DNA of 64,000 nt from NCBI RefSeq assembly GCF_001194135.2, contig NC_068981.1, positions 49,436,492 to 49,500,491 of the forward strand, given 5' to 3'. This DNA is from Octopus bimaculoides. Lineage: Eukaryota. Below the pieces are notes generated by a model that saw nothing but the letters and a program-made list of their open reading frames with translations, searched no databases and had not been told where the DNA came from. The translations under genes and the position numbers were made by a program. Below, one piece after another: positions 1-13,534 of this stretch (positions are counted from its first letter, which is position 1; every line of letters begins with the position of its first letter).

Positions 1-1759
1 ATATATATATATATATATAACGTATATATATATGATGGTCCTTGAGAGGGAAGAAAACACAACCTAAAATTGCTTTTGTCAAAATCTTGACCTTAATATC
101 TTTTCCTTTATATATATGAACAAACTGCTTATCTTCAACATCACCAACAGCAAGACCATCATCATTACAATAACATCATTCTCATGTATAGCATTCCTAT
201 TTCCTTTGTCAAATAAAATTTGTTCTTTTCACTGTATTTGTGAATCAATCATTAGCATTAATATTTGTTTTTTTACTCTACTAATGGGTACTTGATTTGG
301 GGTCCAAATTTCCTGCTCTCTGTTAATATTCCCATAGAGTGGAATGTCATTTATCGATAGAGAGTTGAAATAATAAACACTATAGATATTTTACTTAAGT
401 AGTTCTAATATTTTAGTTAATCCTTGGCGTTCCTTGTACGCAACATATCTCGTTTAGTAATTATTTGTCTTCATTTACACTGGAAGAAAATTTTATATAG
501 TCGTATTAAAATTTTGCATATAAGTAATGTTTTGCTTCCTGATTCTTTTTTTTTTCCTTATTTAAAATTTTTTTAACCTGAAAATATTATCATTTTAAGC
601 TAAAGTTGTATGGTTGCTTCAACTTTTATAGAAATGTTATTAGATGAAAACAGCAAAAGAGCGATGCATTTTAGGTTATTTTGTGTTGTTTATATTCATG
701 GCACGCGTATTTAGAAAACTGTTAATTCAATATGCAGTTTCAGAATTACCAAGTAAAAATGCAAAGAAAAACAAACAATAAATGAGTTAAAATACATTTG
801 AATTACTGGCACGCATCAACTTCTACGTTGCTGAAAGTCTACCATGGCAGAAGAAAAATGTGTTAATATTAAATTCTTCACATTTAGCTAAAATTCTAGA
901 AGTCTGTAATTCTAATTCTTTCAGAAACAAACTATATCACTGTCCGTAAATATTTACCTGGGGCTGCTCCGATTTGATCTGCACGAGTTTTTGCATGTCT
1001 AAGCGTAATGCAATGATATAGTTTGACACGAATTTGTATTCCTTTCGATTATTGCCTGGTCTCAGACATGAGAAGGCAAATATACTTCAGTGCTTCTTGT
1101 TACAGTTATTATCTTAGGATATAAGTTGATTTGATAAGTTTAAATATACAAATCTATAATACTAATATATACAATGAAACTGCTTACTGCAACTAAAAAC
1201 AATTGTAAATACCTTATACGATTCTTTATAACGCATGAACAGTTTGAAATAGTGCATCGGTGAAACGTAATAGAAAATAAAGATCCATTTATCAATGTGT
1301 TTAATGAGACGGCATAAAAACGCCATAAAAAGTAGTCTCATGAAAAGAAATACTAATTAAAGATGAAAGACTAAGAGATTTATCTTTCGTGATCAAACAA
1401 TAGCAATACTTAAACTAGTGGTAAATGGTATTAAAACAAATTCTTCAAAATAGATAATATATACTTCTATATCACCACATTTAAATCTTTATGCTATTTT
1501 GATGATAGTTTAGAATATGAAACTGCCTGAAAATTTCATTATCAGAGATAAATTCCTGCTCTCTGTTAAAATCGCCATAGAGTGGAAGATCATTTAACGA
1601 TAGAGAGTTGAAATAATAAACATTATAAAAACAGCAAAATTTATTCATGCTTCCATGAGATATTTTTTTCTGATAAAAAAAAATATCTACATATTATTTT
1701 AAGGTAACTAATATAGACATTATTAAACTTCACAATTTTGGCACTATGCCTCTTATTTC

Positions 1760-1922
1760 AAGGAAGGAGATGATTACATCGACGAAAGTGCTCAACTAGT
1801 GCTTATTTTATAGACCACAAAAGGATGAAACCCAAAGTCAAGTTAGGTGTAATTGAAACTCGGAATGTAAAGGCCTCTTAGTAATTAGCTCACCTGGTTA
1901 ACGATCCGGCCAGCTAGCCGCC
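1760..1922 (-). mobile_element. tRNA-derived SINE, family B (degenerate copy)
   Basis: Aligns by eye with copies at 24158-24372, 30313-30527 and 62525-62723 (shared gattacatcgac...cttattttat...aaaggatgaaa...gtc core); the minus strand starts GGCGG. Confidence 0.65.
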
Positions 1923-2136
1923 CTATATAGGCTTATCATTATGCACATAGATGTGGTCCAATTCCTTCTGAAGTCGTATTTTAATTTGAAGAAAAAATAT
2001 ATTCGGCTCAAGTGAAAACTTTAAATGATAGATGTAGAGTTCTCATGCAAAACCTATTCGTCTACCGATTTAATCGTTCTATCCATCTACATATATACGA
2101 AGATATATATACATGTTAAGTATATATATATATATA

Positions 2137-3386
2137 TATTGGGTCATCCCATAAATTTTACCGTTTTGAAATTGCATGAACTAAAAGTTGCAGGGGGACG
2201 GGATAAACTACCTGCCTCAATTTGTTATAAAAGCAGGTAGTAACTTCATCATACTGATATTCTTAGTACATGTTTGAAGAGTGCAGTTCGATTTAAACAT
2301 TTATTTATTCAAAGCGAAATTGAAATCGACAAAGGAGAATATTCGGCATATTTTGCTTTATGAGCTCAATAAAAACAACAACGCAACAGAATGTGTGAGG
2401 AATAATGATACAATATATGGGGATCGGGCAATTTGTGAAGCCAACATCTACGGTAGTTTCAGAAATTCCGAGCCGGAAACTACAGCCTAGAAGACGAGCC
2501 TCGTCCTGGAAGATTTGTATAGATCAACGAGGACGTCCTGCAAATTCTGGTGGAAGGAAATCACATCGTAATTGTTGAGGAAGTAGCATAGGATCTTGGA
2601 TGTGGTCATTCAGCCATTGATCGACAGTTGCGTGCCATTGGAAAAGTCAGGAAATTGGGTCAACGGTTTACTCACAAACTCTTCTTGTCTAGTCACGTGT
2701 AGAGAGTGAATGTGCGCTCTTCTTTGCTGCCGCGTCTCACGAATGAAGCTCTTTTTGACCGAATAGTGATTGGTAACAAGAAATGTTACCGAAAGCTAAA
2801 GAATGTCTGTAATAATGTCAAGCACCCCCAGGTTGAAGAAGATCTTCACCCATGTAAGTTGTTGTTATCTGTACAGTGGGATATGAAAAGTTTAATCCAC
2901 TTTCAAATTCTAAATCCAAACCAAACGATAAGTAAGATCTACTGCGAGAAATTTGAGCGGCTAGAAGAAAAACGACTACATTTGGTTTGAAGCCGAAATG
3001 TATTCTTCCATCATGATAATGCTCAGCCACGTACAGTGAGCATGACATTCAAAATGCTGGAGCAGTTTGAATAGGAAACGATGCCCCACTCATCATATTC
3101 GCCGAAAATTGCCCCATCTGATTATCATTTATTCTGCAGTCTCGAAAATCATCTGGACTGGAAAATTATGAATACTGTAGACGAGGTCAGAACACTAATG
3201 GAGGAGTATTTTTCGTCATGGACAAGTGAATTTTGGAAGCGTGGCTTTGTATGTCGAACTGATAGATGGGAGAGCATTGTAGAAAACAAAGGAGAGTATA
3301 TATAAAGATTAAAAGAACTTTTTTAATTTTGATTTTGAAAAATAAAAGAATAAAAAAAAACGCATTATGTATGGGATGACACAATA
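2137..3386 (+). mobile_element. Full-length but inactivated mariner (Tc1/mariner DD34D) transposon
   Basis: TIRs TATTGGGTCATCCCATAAAT (2137) and ATGTATGGGATGACACAATA (3386) with TA ends. Broken transposase frames: KENIRHILLYELNKNNNATE (HTH), FDRIVIGNKK (for RIVTGDEKW), FHHDNAQP, YSPKIAPSDYHLF. Several stops and frameshifts. Confidence 0.93.
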
Positions 3387-5796
3387 TGTATGTGTATGAG
3401 TGTGTGCTTGTGTGTGCTCGTATGTACACGGGTATGCGTGTGTGTATGTGCGCGTGTGTATGTATATTTATGTATGTATGTATGTATGTATGTATATGTA
3501 TACACACAATTTACAAACTCTTATGTAATCACCTGAAACGTAAAGATATCTATTTCAAATTAGCTTTCAAATTGTTCTCTGTGTGTCGTCTGTCTAAAAC
3601 GGGATGATACGCATACATACATACGCATACATACATACGCATACACATGCGCGCACACACAAGCACATGCATACACACATACATAATCCTATATTTAAAA
3701 ATATGTGGCACAGCTTCTCCTTTATACGTTTTATTAATGAGACGTCACTGTACTAGGTTTCTCTTCTTTTTATTACATATATTCACATTTTCCACTCGGT
3801 TTCTTTCAGTTAGTTTGCAATAATAGAATTCATAAATCCATATTCGCAGACTCATTTTCAAGAATAGAAATAGATTTGGTGTCTATCATCGTTATTAATC
3901 ACTGGTCAAATCTTTTTGCAGACATTTCTGTTACACAGTTTTTGGCAGTAGGACCTCCTTGTCAGCAATCATGCGAAACGTATGTTACTTATATCCGTCA
4001 GGTTTTCTGAAATAAAATATGACATGGATCGGGGACACAGTCCCGTCGTTAATATATATATATATATATANNNNNNNNNNNNNNNNNNNNNNNNNNNNNN
4101 NNNNNNNNNNNNNNNNNNNNNNNNNNNNNNNNNNNNNNNNNNNNNNNNNNNNNNNNNNNNNNNNNNNNNNNNNNNNNNNNNNNNNNNNNNNNNNNNNNNN
4201 NNNNNNNNNNNNNNNNNNNNNNNNNNNNNNNNNNNNNNNNNNNNNNNNNNNNNNNNNNNNNNNNNNNNNNNNNNNNNNNNNNNNNNNNNNNNNNNNNNNN
4301 NNNNNNNNNNNNNNNNNNNNNNNNNNNNNNNNNNNNNNNNNNNNNNNNNNNNNNNNNNNNNNNNNNNNNNNNNNNNNNNNNNNNNNNNNNNNNNNNNNNN
4401 NNNNNNNNNNNNNNNNNNNNNNNNNNNNNNNNNNNNNNNNNNNNNNNNNNNNNNNNNNNNNNNNNNNNNNNNNNNNNNNNNNNNNNNNNNNNNNNNNNNN
4501 NNNNNNNNNNNNNNNNNNNNNNNNNNNNNNNNNNNNNNNNNNNNNNNNNNNNNNNNNNNNNNNNNNNNNNNNNNNNNNNNNNNNNNNNNNNNNNNNNNNN
4601 NNNNNNNNNNNNNNNNNNNNNNNNNNNNNNNNNNNNNNNNNNNNNNNNNNNNNNNNNNNNNNNNNNNNNNNNNNNNNNNNNNNNNNNNNNNNNNNNNNNN
4701 NNNNNNNNNNNNNNNNNNNNNNNNNNNNNNNNNNNNNNNNNNNNNNNNNNNNNNNNNNNNNNNNNNNNNNNNNNNNNNNNNNNNNNNNNNNNNNNNNNNN
4801 NNNNNNNNNNNNNNNNNNNNNNNNNNNNNNNNNNNNNNNNNNNNNNNNNNNNNNNNNNNNNNNNNNNNNNNNNNNNNNNNNNTATATATATATATATATA
4901 TATTACAAATATATTCATATATACATACATATATGTACATACCTACGTATGTATGTATATACACATACATATATGGGTACAGGACATCAAATAGACGTAG
5001 GCAAAATGGGAAACGACAACAGGCAACATAAAGAACATACATACACAAAAACACGTGCACATATGTATGTGTGTGTGTGTGTTTGTGAGTAAGTGTGTGT
5101 GGATGTGTGTGTGTTTGACGGAGTGGCGGGGAACATTTAGCAGGTCAGACATAGTGAAAATTTTATTAGTATTCACCAAACAACTTATGCTAATAAATAT
5201 GAAAGGTACAATATAATGATTCTACTGTGGCTGTTTGACTTTTACATTATTTGAATACATTTTTCTAGCTTTGTGTTCAGTCTGAATAAGTGTTACTTTT
5301 ACGTCCTCTGTTTTAGAAACGTTTACAACAGAATATCTTAAATTAGTAATTATATTCACTGTCACATTTTATTAAACTCATTCTTAATCTGACTTAATTA
5401 TATCCTACTGACAAAGATTTCACCCTTGTCTTTCTTGAGGAATGTGTTATCTGTAAGTTTCATTCCCCTCCTGAGTAGTCGAGACAATTTGTGATCTTCG
5501 CAAAATATATATGTACTCCAAATATTCCTGAAATAAGCAATGCAATCGTATCTCAATGGAGTGTCATAGTTATGATTCTGGTCACGTTTTGTATCAGTTT
5601 CCATTATTATTTGATGCTCTATTTTCCCATGGAGAAATTATTTTAGTGCGAAATTGGGAATCGGAACGAATGAAAATACTTTATATTGTTGAATAAAATA
5701 TATGATGATGCCTACTGGCATGCACACACACGCAAACACGCACAAACACACGCATACACACACATGCATACATACATACATACATACATACACACG

Positions 5797-5853
<57 letters not shown>

Positions 5854-7393
5854 AAGTGTGCGAGCGTGTGTGCTTTTGCCTCTGTGTGTGTTTGTGTATA
5901 TGTGTGAGTGCTTGTGTCTGCGTGCGCGTGAGTGGTGTGTGTGTGTGTGTGTGTGAGTGCCTCTATGTCTCTGTGTCTGTGTGCCTATACATTTTCATCC
6001 GGAAGCAATTTCTTTAAATACATCCATTCGACTGCTTGCATAATTTATTATAGATTTGCATTGTGGTTGTTTGATTGTTCATCCAACTGATTTTCTTACA
6101 AGCGAAAGATGCACTGATCCGTAAAATGTTTACACAAAGGAGACTGCAATAGCTTCTGCAGTATCTTCAAACAGTCAGTTACCTATTTGGTCGTGTAAAG
6201 TAAATGAAATCCATACGGAATATAATAGGACGAGTATCAAGTAAGAAATCAATCTTCAGTAATTTAGCGTATTTAGTTGGACTTTCTGTACAATAATTTG
6301 AATTTTGTGTTATGAATTAGACTTAATTCCCCTGAAATTTCTTAGAATTCAGTTCATCAAAATGATGTATCATTCAAAGGACACTTTGAAAGAAAACATT
6401 AAATAATCAGTCGCCTAATTTTCAATATTGCACGCAAGATCTCGAGAATGGGGACTTAGAGATAGATAAGTAGTTGCCTCAAATATGAGAAACAATTAAA
6501 CAGGTAGAAAGCCTTTTGATAAGTAAATGGAGATCAGCATATAAGATATACTTTTAGATCATAATAATGGGAGATTTAACATCAAGATGACTGATCAGTT
6601 CCGTAAGACTTTATTAAATGTATTCATTTACAATATTATGAGATTTCCACTTCTCTGATGAGCACAAATGTTATAAATTTGTAAATGACATTTACCTTGC
6701 CGAACAATATGGAAGATAAAAGCAGCTAAATATTCAAATATCATCCCGTAAGAACTTGAAATAAAATTAAGACAGAGCTGAAATTTCCACTACAGAGATG
6801 TATAGTCATAGCTAAACAACATTTATCATAGACCAGTTCAATTAAGGGTGGCTTGGGTTTAAACAACAATATTAATATTGATTCATAGGAAGATTTGTAG
6901 TTATTTGCGTTGTATATGCGTGCTTACTTGCGGTTGTATCAATTACATATAAAACTGACTTCATAATAAGTGGATCAAAAATAAAGTAAGATATATAATT
7001 CAGACAGTAAAAAAGTATAAATTGAAACCAGAAGTCTAACAAACTTCCGATATCTGTGAAGTTTATTTCACGAGTTTCTGTTATTCGTTTATGACGCCAC
7101 AGAGACAAATAATTTAGAATGTCAAATAGAATCCAATTTTAGATGTAAAATATAATAAACTAAAGCAAATTTTTCCCTAATCATTCAATTAATTTTTCAT
7201 ACTTCACGTATACACGAATTCTTACAAAGAATTATGCGTAAACTATGGTATAATATATATATATATATATATAATGGAGGAATTCTACCAAATGTATAGA
7301 TGGAGGTATGAGTAAAGCACCGGCACAGTTTCAATTACCTGCGGTTACCTGTAGATTTACTGCAGGAACTTCGTAGTGGCGATTGGCGTCACA

Positions 7394-8453
7394 GTAATAA
7401 TAATAATAATAATAATTAATTCGTTTTATTGGCCACAAGGGCTAATATCAATTAAAAACATATAAGGACAAAAACAGGACGAAGGTTACAAAAGGTTTTG
7501 TCCGAAAAGGTAGGAAAGTTCGTCTAAACAGGGGAAGAAAACGGAGAAAGATATAATAAATAAATAGATAAATAAATAAGTAGAACTCCCAAAGGGGGAG
7601 GTGTTTCGAAAAAGGAAAGGTTACACGTGGAAAAACCCATAAAACCACGGGAGCCTGGTCAGAAACAATAGGAAAGGGGTATAGAGCCCTTTCTCCTTTT
7701 ACATTACCTTTTTTTTTNNNNNNNNNNNNNNNNNNNNNNNNNNNNNNNNNNNNNNNNNNNNNNNNNNNNNNNNNNNNNNNNNNNNNNNNNNNNNNNNNNN
7801 NNNNNNNNNNNNNNNNNNNNNNNNNNNNNNNNNNNNNNNNNNNNNNNNNNNNNNNNNNNNNNNNNNNNNNNNNNNNNNNNNNNNNNNNNNNNNNNNNNNN
7901 NNNNNNNNNNNNNNNNNNNNNNNNNNNNNNNNNNNNNNNNNNNNNNNNNNNNNNNNNNNNNNNNNNNNNNNNNNNNNNNNNNNNNNNNNNNNNNNNNNNN
8001 NNNNNNNNNNNNNNNNNNNNNNNNNNNNNNNNNNNNNNNNNNNNNNNNNNNNNNNNNNNNNNNNNNNNNNNNNNNNNNNNNNNNNNNNNNNNNNNNNNNN
8101 NNNNNNNNNNNNNNNNNNNNNNNNNNNNCAGAACGGTTTCGTCGTCCTGAGCGCACCTCGGGCAGGCCCGGTTGACGGCACTTCCATGTCGATAGAGTTT
8201 ATCTCGAACAGGTAGCGCACCTCGGTAGCACTGCCAGGCGAGGGACCTTTGGAAATTATCCATGGGCCCTGGCCCGAAAGTTCTCCTGAACAGACTGCTT
8301 AGCTGATTATCCTCGACGCCTAGAGTTTCCCCGAGAACGTCGTCGCACTTTTCTCCCACTAACCCTCTATAGAACGCTAGAGTGGAGCTACTACCGATCG
8401 CACTGCCCGCCTGACTGAGGGCGGTGAGAGCTTGGCGGCACACGAGTTGCGTC
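7394..8453 (-). mobile_element. 5'-truncated L1/Tx1-type LINE, 3' end (spans gap 7718-8128)
   Basis: Minus frame FQRSLAWQCYRGALPVRDKLYRHGSAVNRACPRCAQDDETVL resembles the zf-RVT region at the L1/Tx1 ORF2 C-terminus. The minus-strand 3' end has AATAAA followed by an (ATT)n tail at 7394-7430. Confidence 0.85.
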
Positions 8454-8499
8454 AAAAAACTTAGCAGTTTTGTGAGCGTTTGTGAATGTAACAGATATA

Positions 8500-9065
8500 T
8501 ATAAGTTAGAGAAGAATTTATGTAGATCCTTTGTAGTTCTTTCTAAGGAGGATTTATTTATGTTTTTGGTAACTAGTTAAACGTCGTCTCTGTATAGGCC
8601 TCCCTTGATGTTAGGGAAATGTATATGGAACTCTTGAAGTATAGTTCAAGTGAGTCAGTGGCCTGAGCTGAATCAGATGATCCCATGGTTATGTTGAATA
8701 AGTTGCTATGGTTATTGTTATGGTGATTGGCCCGGTACCAGAGATTGTTTTCAAAAGAAATAAGGGGCATTAAGTATTATGTGAATTTCTAGTGGGGTTA
8801 GGTTAGTAAGGCTCTTGGCTAGATGAAGAGCTTGATTAAGAAGTTTAGGAGAAATAGAAGAGTAGTAATTATTCATGTCGAATTGTGGGAAGGAATATGT
8901 GTTTTTGATTTTTAGACGGTGGAACTATGTAATAACATCACCAGTGTGGGACCATAGGTTAACATTTAATTTATCCTTGACGATTGGTATTATTTTGTCG
9001 AAAATATTTTTGATTACCCTTCTTTGTCGGATTTGGTGGGGCATATTAGGTGTATTGAAGGTTTG
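8500..9065 (-). mobile_element. Penelope-like element reverse transcriptase fragment (LYRDD type), frameshifted
   Basis: Stitched minus frames give LICPTKSD...KIIPIVKDKLNVNLWSHTGDVIT*FHRLK...FDMNNY, then FNITMGSSDSAQATD, then PNIKGGLYRDD. These match PLE RT motifs RLINPxKS, NQWxNT, FDxTMGSxDGAE and GLYRDDG. Confidence 0.8.
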
Positions 9066-9082
9066 GTAATATATATATATCG

Positions 9083-9160
9083 AAGCAAGTGTGGCTGTTC
9101 GGTAAGAAGCTTGCTTCCCATCCACATGGTTCGACGTCCCGTTCCACAGAGTGGCAAGTA
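9083..9160 (+). mobile_element. tRNA-derived SINE, family A, 5' fragment
   Basis: gtggctgttcggtaagaagcttgcttcc...cacatggttc matches the head of the copy at 55999. Confidence 0.6.
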
Positions 9161-9357
9161 TCCGTAGTATATTTATATGCAGGTCTGTATGAGTTATAGG
9201 TTAAGTAACCATCTAGTGGATATTAAATAACCAATATACTACTGGATGTCTACCTACGTATTTTTAACCAAGTCCTTACTATTGCATGGCAATATTGCAA
9301 TTGATTACTAGGTATGGGTGGAACAAAATTGGAAATTTACCCAGGATTTATAAGGCA

Positions 9358-10247
9358 AATAAGAACATGGAGTGGATATAAAATCGACAAATATGAGCCA
9401 GTGAACATTCCATGATATCTATCTACTAAATGATAACAAACATGTGTTTCAGTGGTACGAGTAAACGATTAAATCAGCGAATAAATACGTAAACAGATAT
9501 ATATATANNNNNNNNNNNNNNNNNNNNNNNNNNNNNNNNNNNNNNNNNNNNNNNNNNNNNNNNNNNNNNNNNNNNNNNNNNNNNNNNNNNNNNNNNNNNN
9601 NNNNNNNNNNNNNNNNNNNNNNNNNNNNNNNNNNNNNNNNNNNNNNNNNNNNNNNNNNNNNNNNNNNNNNNNNNNNNNNNNNNNNNNNNNNNNNNNNNNN
9701 NNNNNNNNNNNNNNNNNNNNNNNNNNNNNNNNNNNNNNNNNNNNNNNNNNNNNNNNNNNNNNNNNNNNNNNNNNNNNNNNNNNNNNNNNNNNNNNNNNNN
9801 NNNNNNNNNNNNNNNNNNNNNNNNNNNNNNNNNNNNNNNNNNNNNNNNNNNNNNNNNNNNNNNNNNNNNNNNNNNNNNNNNNNNNNNNNNNNNNNNNNNN
9901 NNNNNNNNNNNNNNNNNNNNNNNNNNNNNNNNNNNNNNNNNNNNNNNNNNNNNNNNNNNNNNNNNNNNNNNNNNNNNNNNNNNNNNNNNNNNNNNNNNNN
10001 NNNNNNNNNNNNNNNNNNNNNNNNNNNNNNNNNNNNNNNNNNNNNNNNNNNNNNNNNNNNNNNNNNNNNNNNNNNNNNNNNNNNNNNNNNNNNNNNNNNN
10101 NNATATATATATATCTTTACATTTTTATTGGCTGATTTCATTCGTTTACTTGTACCACAAAACAAATGTTTGTTATCATTTAATGAATAGAAATACTGGA
10201 ATATTACTGCCTTATGTTTGTCGATTTTATATCCTCTCCATTTTCTT
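9358..10247. repeat. Inverted pair of ~150 bp repeats (9358-9507 and 10103-10247) flanking a gap
   Basis: aataagaacatggagtggatataaaatcgacaaa...taaatgataacaaacat...gtggtac is the reverse complement, with substitutions, of 10103-10247. Both arms end in (TA)n at the gap. Confidence 0.75.
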
Positions 10248-10715
10248 ATATGGTGGATGTCTACTCCTTATGCACAGTTTGACCACCTCAGTTTGGTATC
10301 TGATGTGGCTTTGTTAACCAGAGAATGTTCTGAAAGAACACCCACACAGATTGCACATCCGATATGTTCTGGTCTTTGTGAGTCTATGTCTTGCATATAT
10401 ATAGGCAAAATTATTGGTGGAGGTTCGTTTTCCATGAGTTCATAGCTGAGATTTGATCCCAGTAAAAGAGAGGCATAGTCTGTCACAGATTGTGCCCACA
10501 AAAAGTTCATTGTCATTCACGTTCTCGATCGTTACATTCTTCCTTATATCTCATTCCCGTTTTACATGCGTTATCCCGGCTTCTTCGAATGCTTTCACTC
10601 CACTCCACACTTTTGTTCTCCATCCAATTCGATCCTAAGCAAGGGATTCTATGTCTTCTAGATTCATTCCAACTGACTTCATAATAGTCCTTATGCTGTC
10701 CTTAAAACTTTTTAT
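10248..10715 (-). mobile_element. RTE-like LINE 3' end with C2H2 zinc-finger remnants (copy 1)
   Basis: Stitched minus frames: FKDSIRTIMKSVGMNLEDIESLA*DRIGWRTKVWSGVKAFEE (typical RTE ORF2 C-terminus), then ICDRLCLSFTGIKSQL*THGKRTSTN and MCNLCGCSFRTFSG*QSHIR. Confidence 0.8.
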
Positions 10716-10852
10716 ATGTTTACGCGATAGCGTTTCCCCTCTGCAAGTTCAACATATAACAACTGTTTCGGCATGCGTTTATCTCCCATTGGAACGCATA
10801 TATATACATGTGAGTGTGTGTATCTGTATATGTAAATATATAGGTTTATTTA

Positions 10853-11109
10853 TATATGTCAAGCCTAAACGTGTTTATCTGAATCATTACCATATATCAG
10901 CCCAACTGGATTTCTTTCATAGCCACGCTATAGCCACACTTTATTCCGTGTACCTGGTACTCTATATAGATATCGAAGGTGAAGTAGAAATCATTTGAAC
11001 ATTAAAACCTGTTTTCTAGCAGAGATTTTGACGGTATACATTAATACAAATATGCATTCAAACACACAATCTCATATATATATGTATGTATGCATGTGTG
11101 TGTGTGTAT

Positions 11110-11147
<38 letters not shown>

Positions 11148-11392
11148 GTGTGTGTGTTTGAGATTGTGTCTATGAATATAAGTTTGTATTAATGTATGTA
11201 TACCGTGAAAAGGTGTGCTAGAAATGGTAAGTATAGAAAACAGGTTGTAGTTTCCAAATAATTTGTACTTGAACTTCGATATCTTTATATATTACAAGCT
11301 ACACGAAATAAAGTGTCGTCATTGTGTGGCCATAAGTGAAATCCAGTTGACCTGATATGATGATAATGATGAAGATAAACACGATTAGGCTT

Positions 11393-11400
<8 letters not shown>
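10853..11400. repeat. Foldback: ~200 bp diverged inverted arms (10853-11050 and 11183-11400) around a (TG)n spacer
   Basis: tatatgtcaagcctaaacgtgtttatct...caactggattt...acactttatt...gatatcgaag...acctgttttcta...ggtatacattaatacaaa recurs in reverse complement. Confidence 0.8.
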
Positions 11401-11430
<30 letters not shown>

Positions 11431-12257
11431 AACGTATATATTTACACATATATATATATACACATACATACATACAGAAAGACAGAAAGAAAGAAACAAA
11501 TAAACAAACAAACAAACAGCAAAGGAATGAAGAGGTGATAAGTTTGTACTGAATCATAATTACGATAGAAAATACATACTTGCTTAGCCAGTGTAAGTGG
11601 AATGAAAGTTATGCAAACATGAAGAGATTACGTCGGAGAACCTGTTAAGTATCGAAAAGTTATGATAGCGAAGTATGGAGAAAATATTTAGAAAGACGTT
11701 GGTTACTATTGTGAAGAGAAGTCTGAGAAATAATGGACAGTATATAGGGAGTATTTCTGTCTTGAGTTTGTGTATGTATGAAACTAGTGTGAGTTAGAGT
11801 GTTTAGGAATTCGATATGAAAATGATTAGCGGGCTCATACATATACATACCCCCCACCACACGCACACAAATATGCATGTATTTATGTACGTATGTAAGC
11901 GTGTGTGTGAAATGTGTATTTTTAAGTGAATTTTTCGTCGTATCAGACTTGTGATATTCTGGAGTTTTGACCTCTCCGTCAGAACATCAATAGCGGGAAC
12001 ACACACGCATACACAGACACAGACACATACAGATATACGCGCATGTATGCATGTGCTCATGTACGTATGTACGTGTACGTGTGAGATGTGTATTTTTTTT
12101 TTTCAATTGTGCTTGTCTCACGTGGGTGATACACTGGAATTTTGATGTCTACATTAAGAAGGTCACCAGAAAATACGTATATATATAACTTATTGTAGTT
12201 AACGATTTCTGCAGTGTGCTTATATATATATACATATATCTGAGTACCTTATTATTT

Positions 12258-12299
<42 letters not shown>

Positions 12300-13534
12300 A
12301 ACAGAAGATCAGAGCCGTTTTTGTATGTAACCATAAAATACTCTGTGTTTATTTCAAGCTTAGGTGAGCCGGAATTAATTTCGTCATCGTTAATTTTCAT
12401 TATCTACAGACACCAACACTATTCAACTATTCGCACAATTCAACAAGGCCTATTCCAGAACATGCGGCATTTGTCTATGTGAGAATTCAATATATTATGA
12501 AATGTGTAGATATGAACTCAAAATTATACTTTGTGGATTTTTGAAGAAACTTCATGCTCTTTGGTTAGTTTCCAGCTTCTACCTGTCTGAAATTGTTTAT
12601 TTCCTATATCGTTTTTGGAAAATGTTCAATAGATTATCTTCCAGGTACAAACGAATGTAAACATGTGTTCATACATGAACAATAATGCGTCATTGATAAA
12701 CCGGCTTCGTCTGACCTCGTGTATTATATACATATAACATTAAAAGTTATGAATATTTTGCGAATTTTTGCACATAATTGAATGATGCAATCACATATCG
12801 AGCGCATGAGAGTTGCATAGAAGAAAGTATGATGTATTCATTACTATGTATTTTTATAGCAAATAACGTCTCTTCAATCTAGTGCCTTCTATTTCATAGT
12901 TTTGCAGATATCTTTCCTTCTATAATACGAGAGAGCTTCTTAATTAAACAGGTTAGATAATCACTGACGTAAAACACAGAAAAACGATTTATATATATAN
13001 NNNNNNNNNNNNNNNNNNNNNNNNNNNNNNNNNNNNNNNNNNNNNNNNNNNNNNNNNNNNNNNNNNNNNNNNNNNNNNNNNNNNNNNNNNNNNNNNNNNN
13101 NNNNNNNNNNNNNNNNNNNNNNNNNNNNNNNNNNNNNNNNNNNNNNNNNNNNNNNNNNNNNNNNNNNNNNNNNNNNNNNNNNNNNNNNNNNNNNNNNNNN
13201 NNNNNNNNNNNNNNNNNNNNNNNNNNNNNNNNNNNNNNNNNNNNNNNNNNNNNNNNNNNNNNNNNNNNNNNNNNNNNNNNNNNNNNNNNNNNNNNNNNNN
13301 NNNNNNNNNNNNNNNNNNNNNNNNNNNNNNNNNNNNNNNNNNNNNNNNNNNNNNNNNNNNNNNNNNNNNNNNNNNNNNNNNNNNNNNNNNNNNNNNNNNN
13401 NNNNNNNNNNNNNNNNNNNNNNNNNNNNNNNNNNNNNNNNNNNNNNNNNNNNNNNNNNNNNNNNNNNNNNNNNNNNNNNNNNNNNNNNNNNNNNNNNNNN
13501 NNNNNNNNNNNNNNNNNNNNNNNNNNNNNNNNNN

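Noticed and set aside
928-1025. Inverted repeat CAAACTATATCA / TGATATAGTTTG as a structured RNA
   Set aside because: A 12-bp AT-rich match with a ~75 nt spacer is plausible by chance in this composition; no box C/D or other supporting motif.
3969-5092. Long ORFs in the track (here and at 7448, 9449, 12989, 21473, 39080)
   Set aside because: Their length comes from N runs and microsatellites. Only the zf-RVT part of 7448-8455 is meaningful.
6872-7108. Hydrophobic 78-aa ORF as a membrane protein or GPCR exon
   Set aside because: No recognisable motif or splice support; typical of AT-rich random ORFs.
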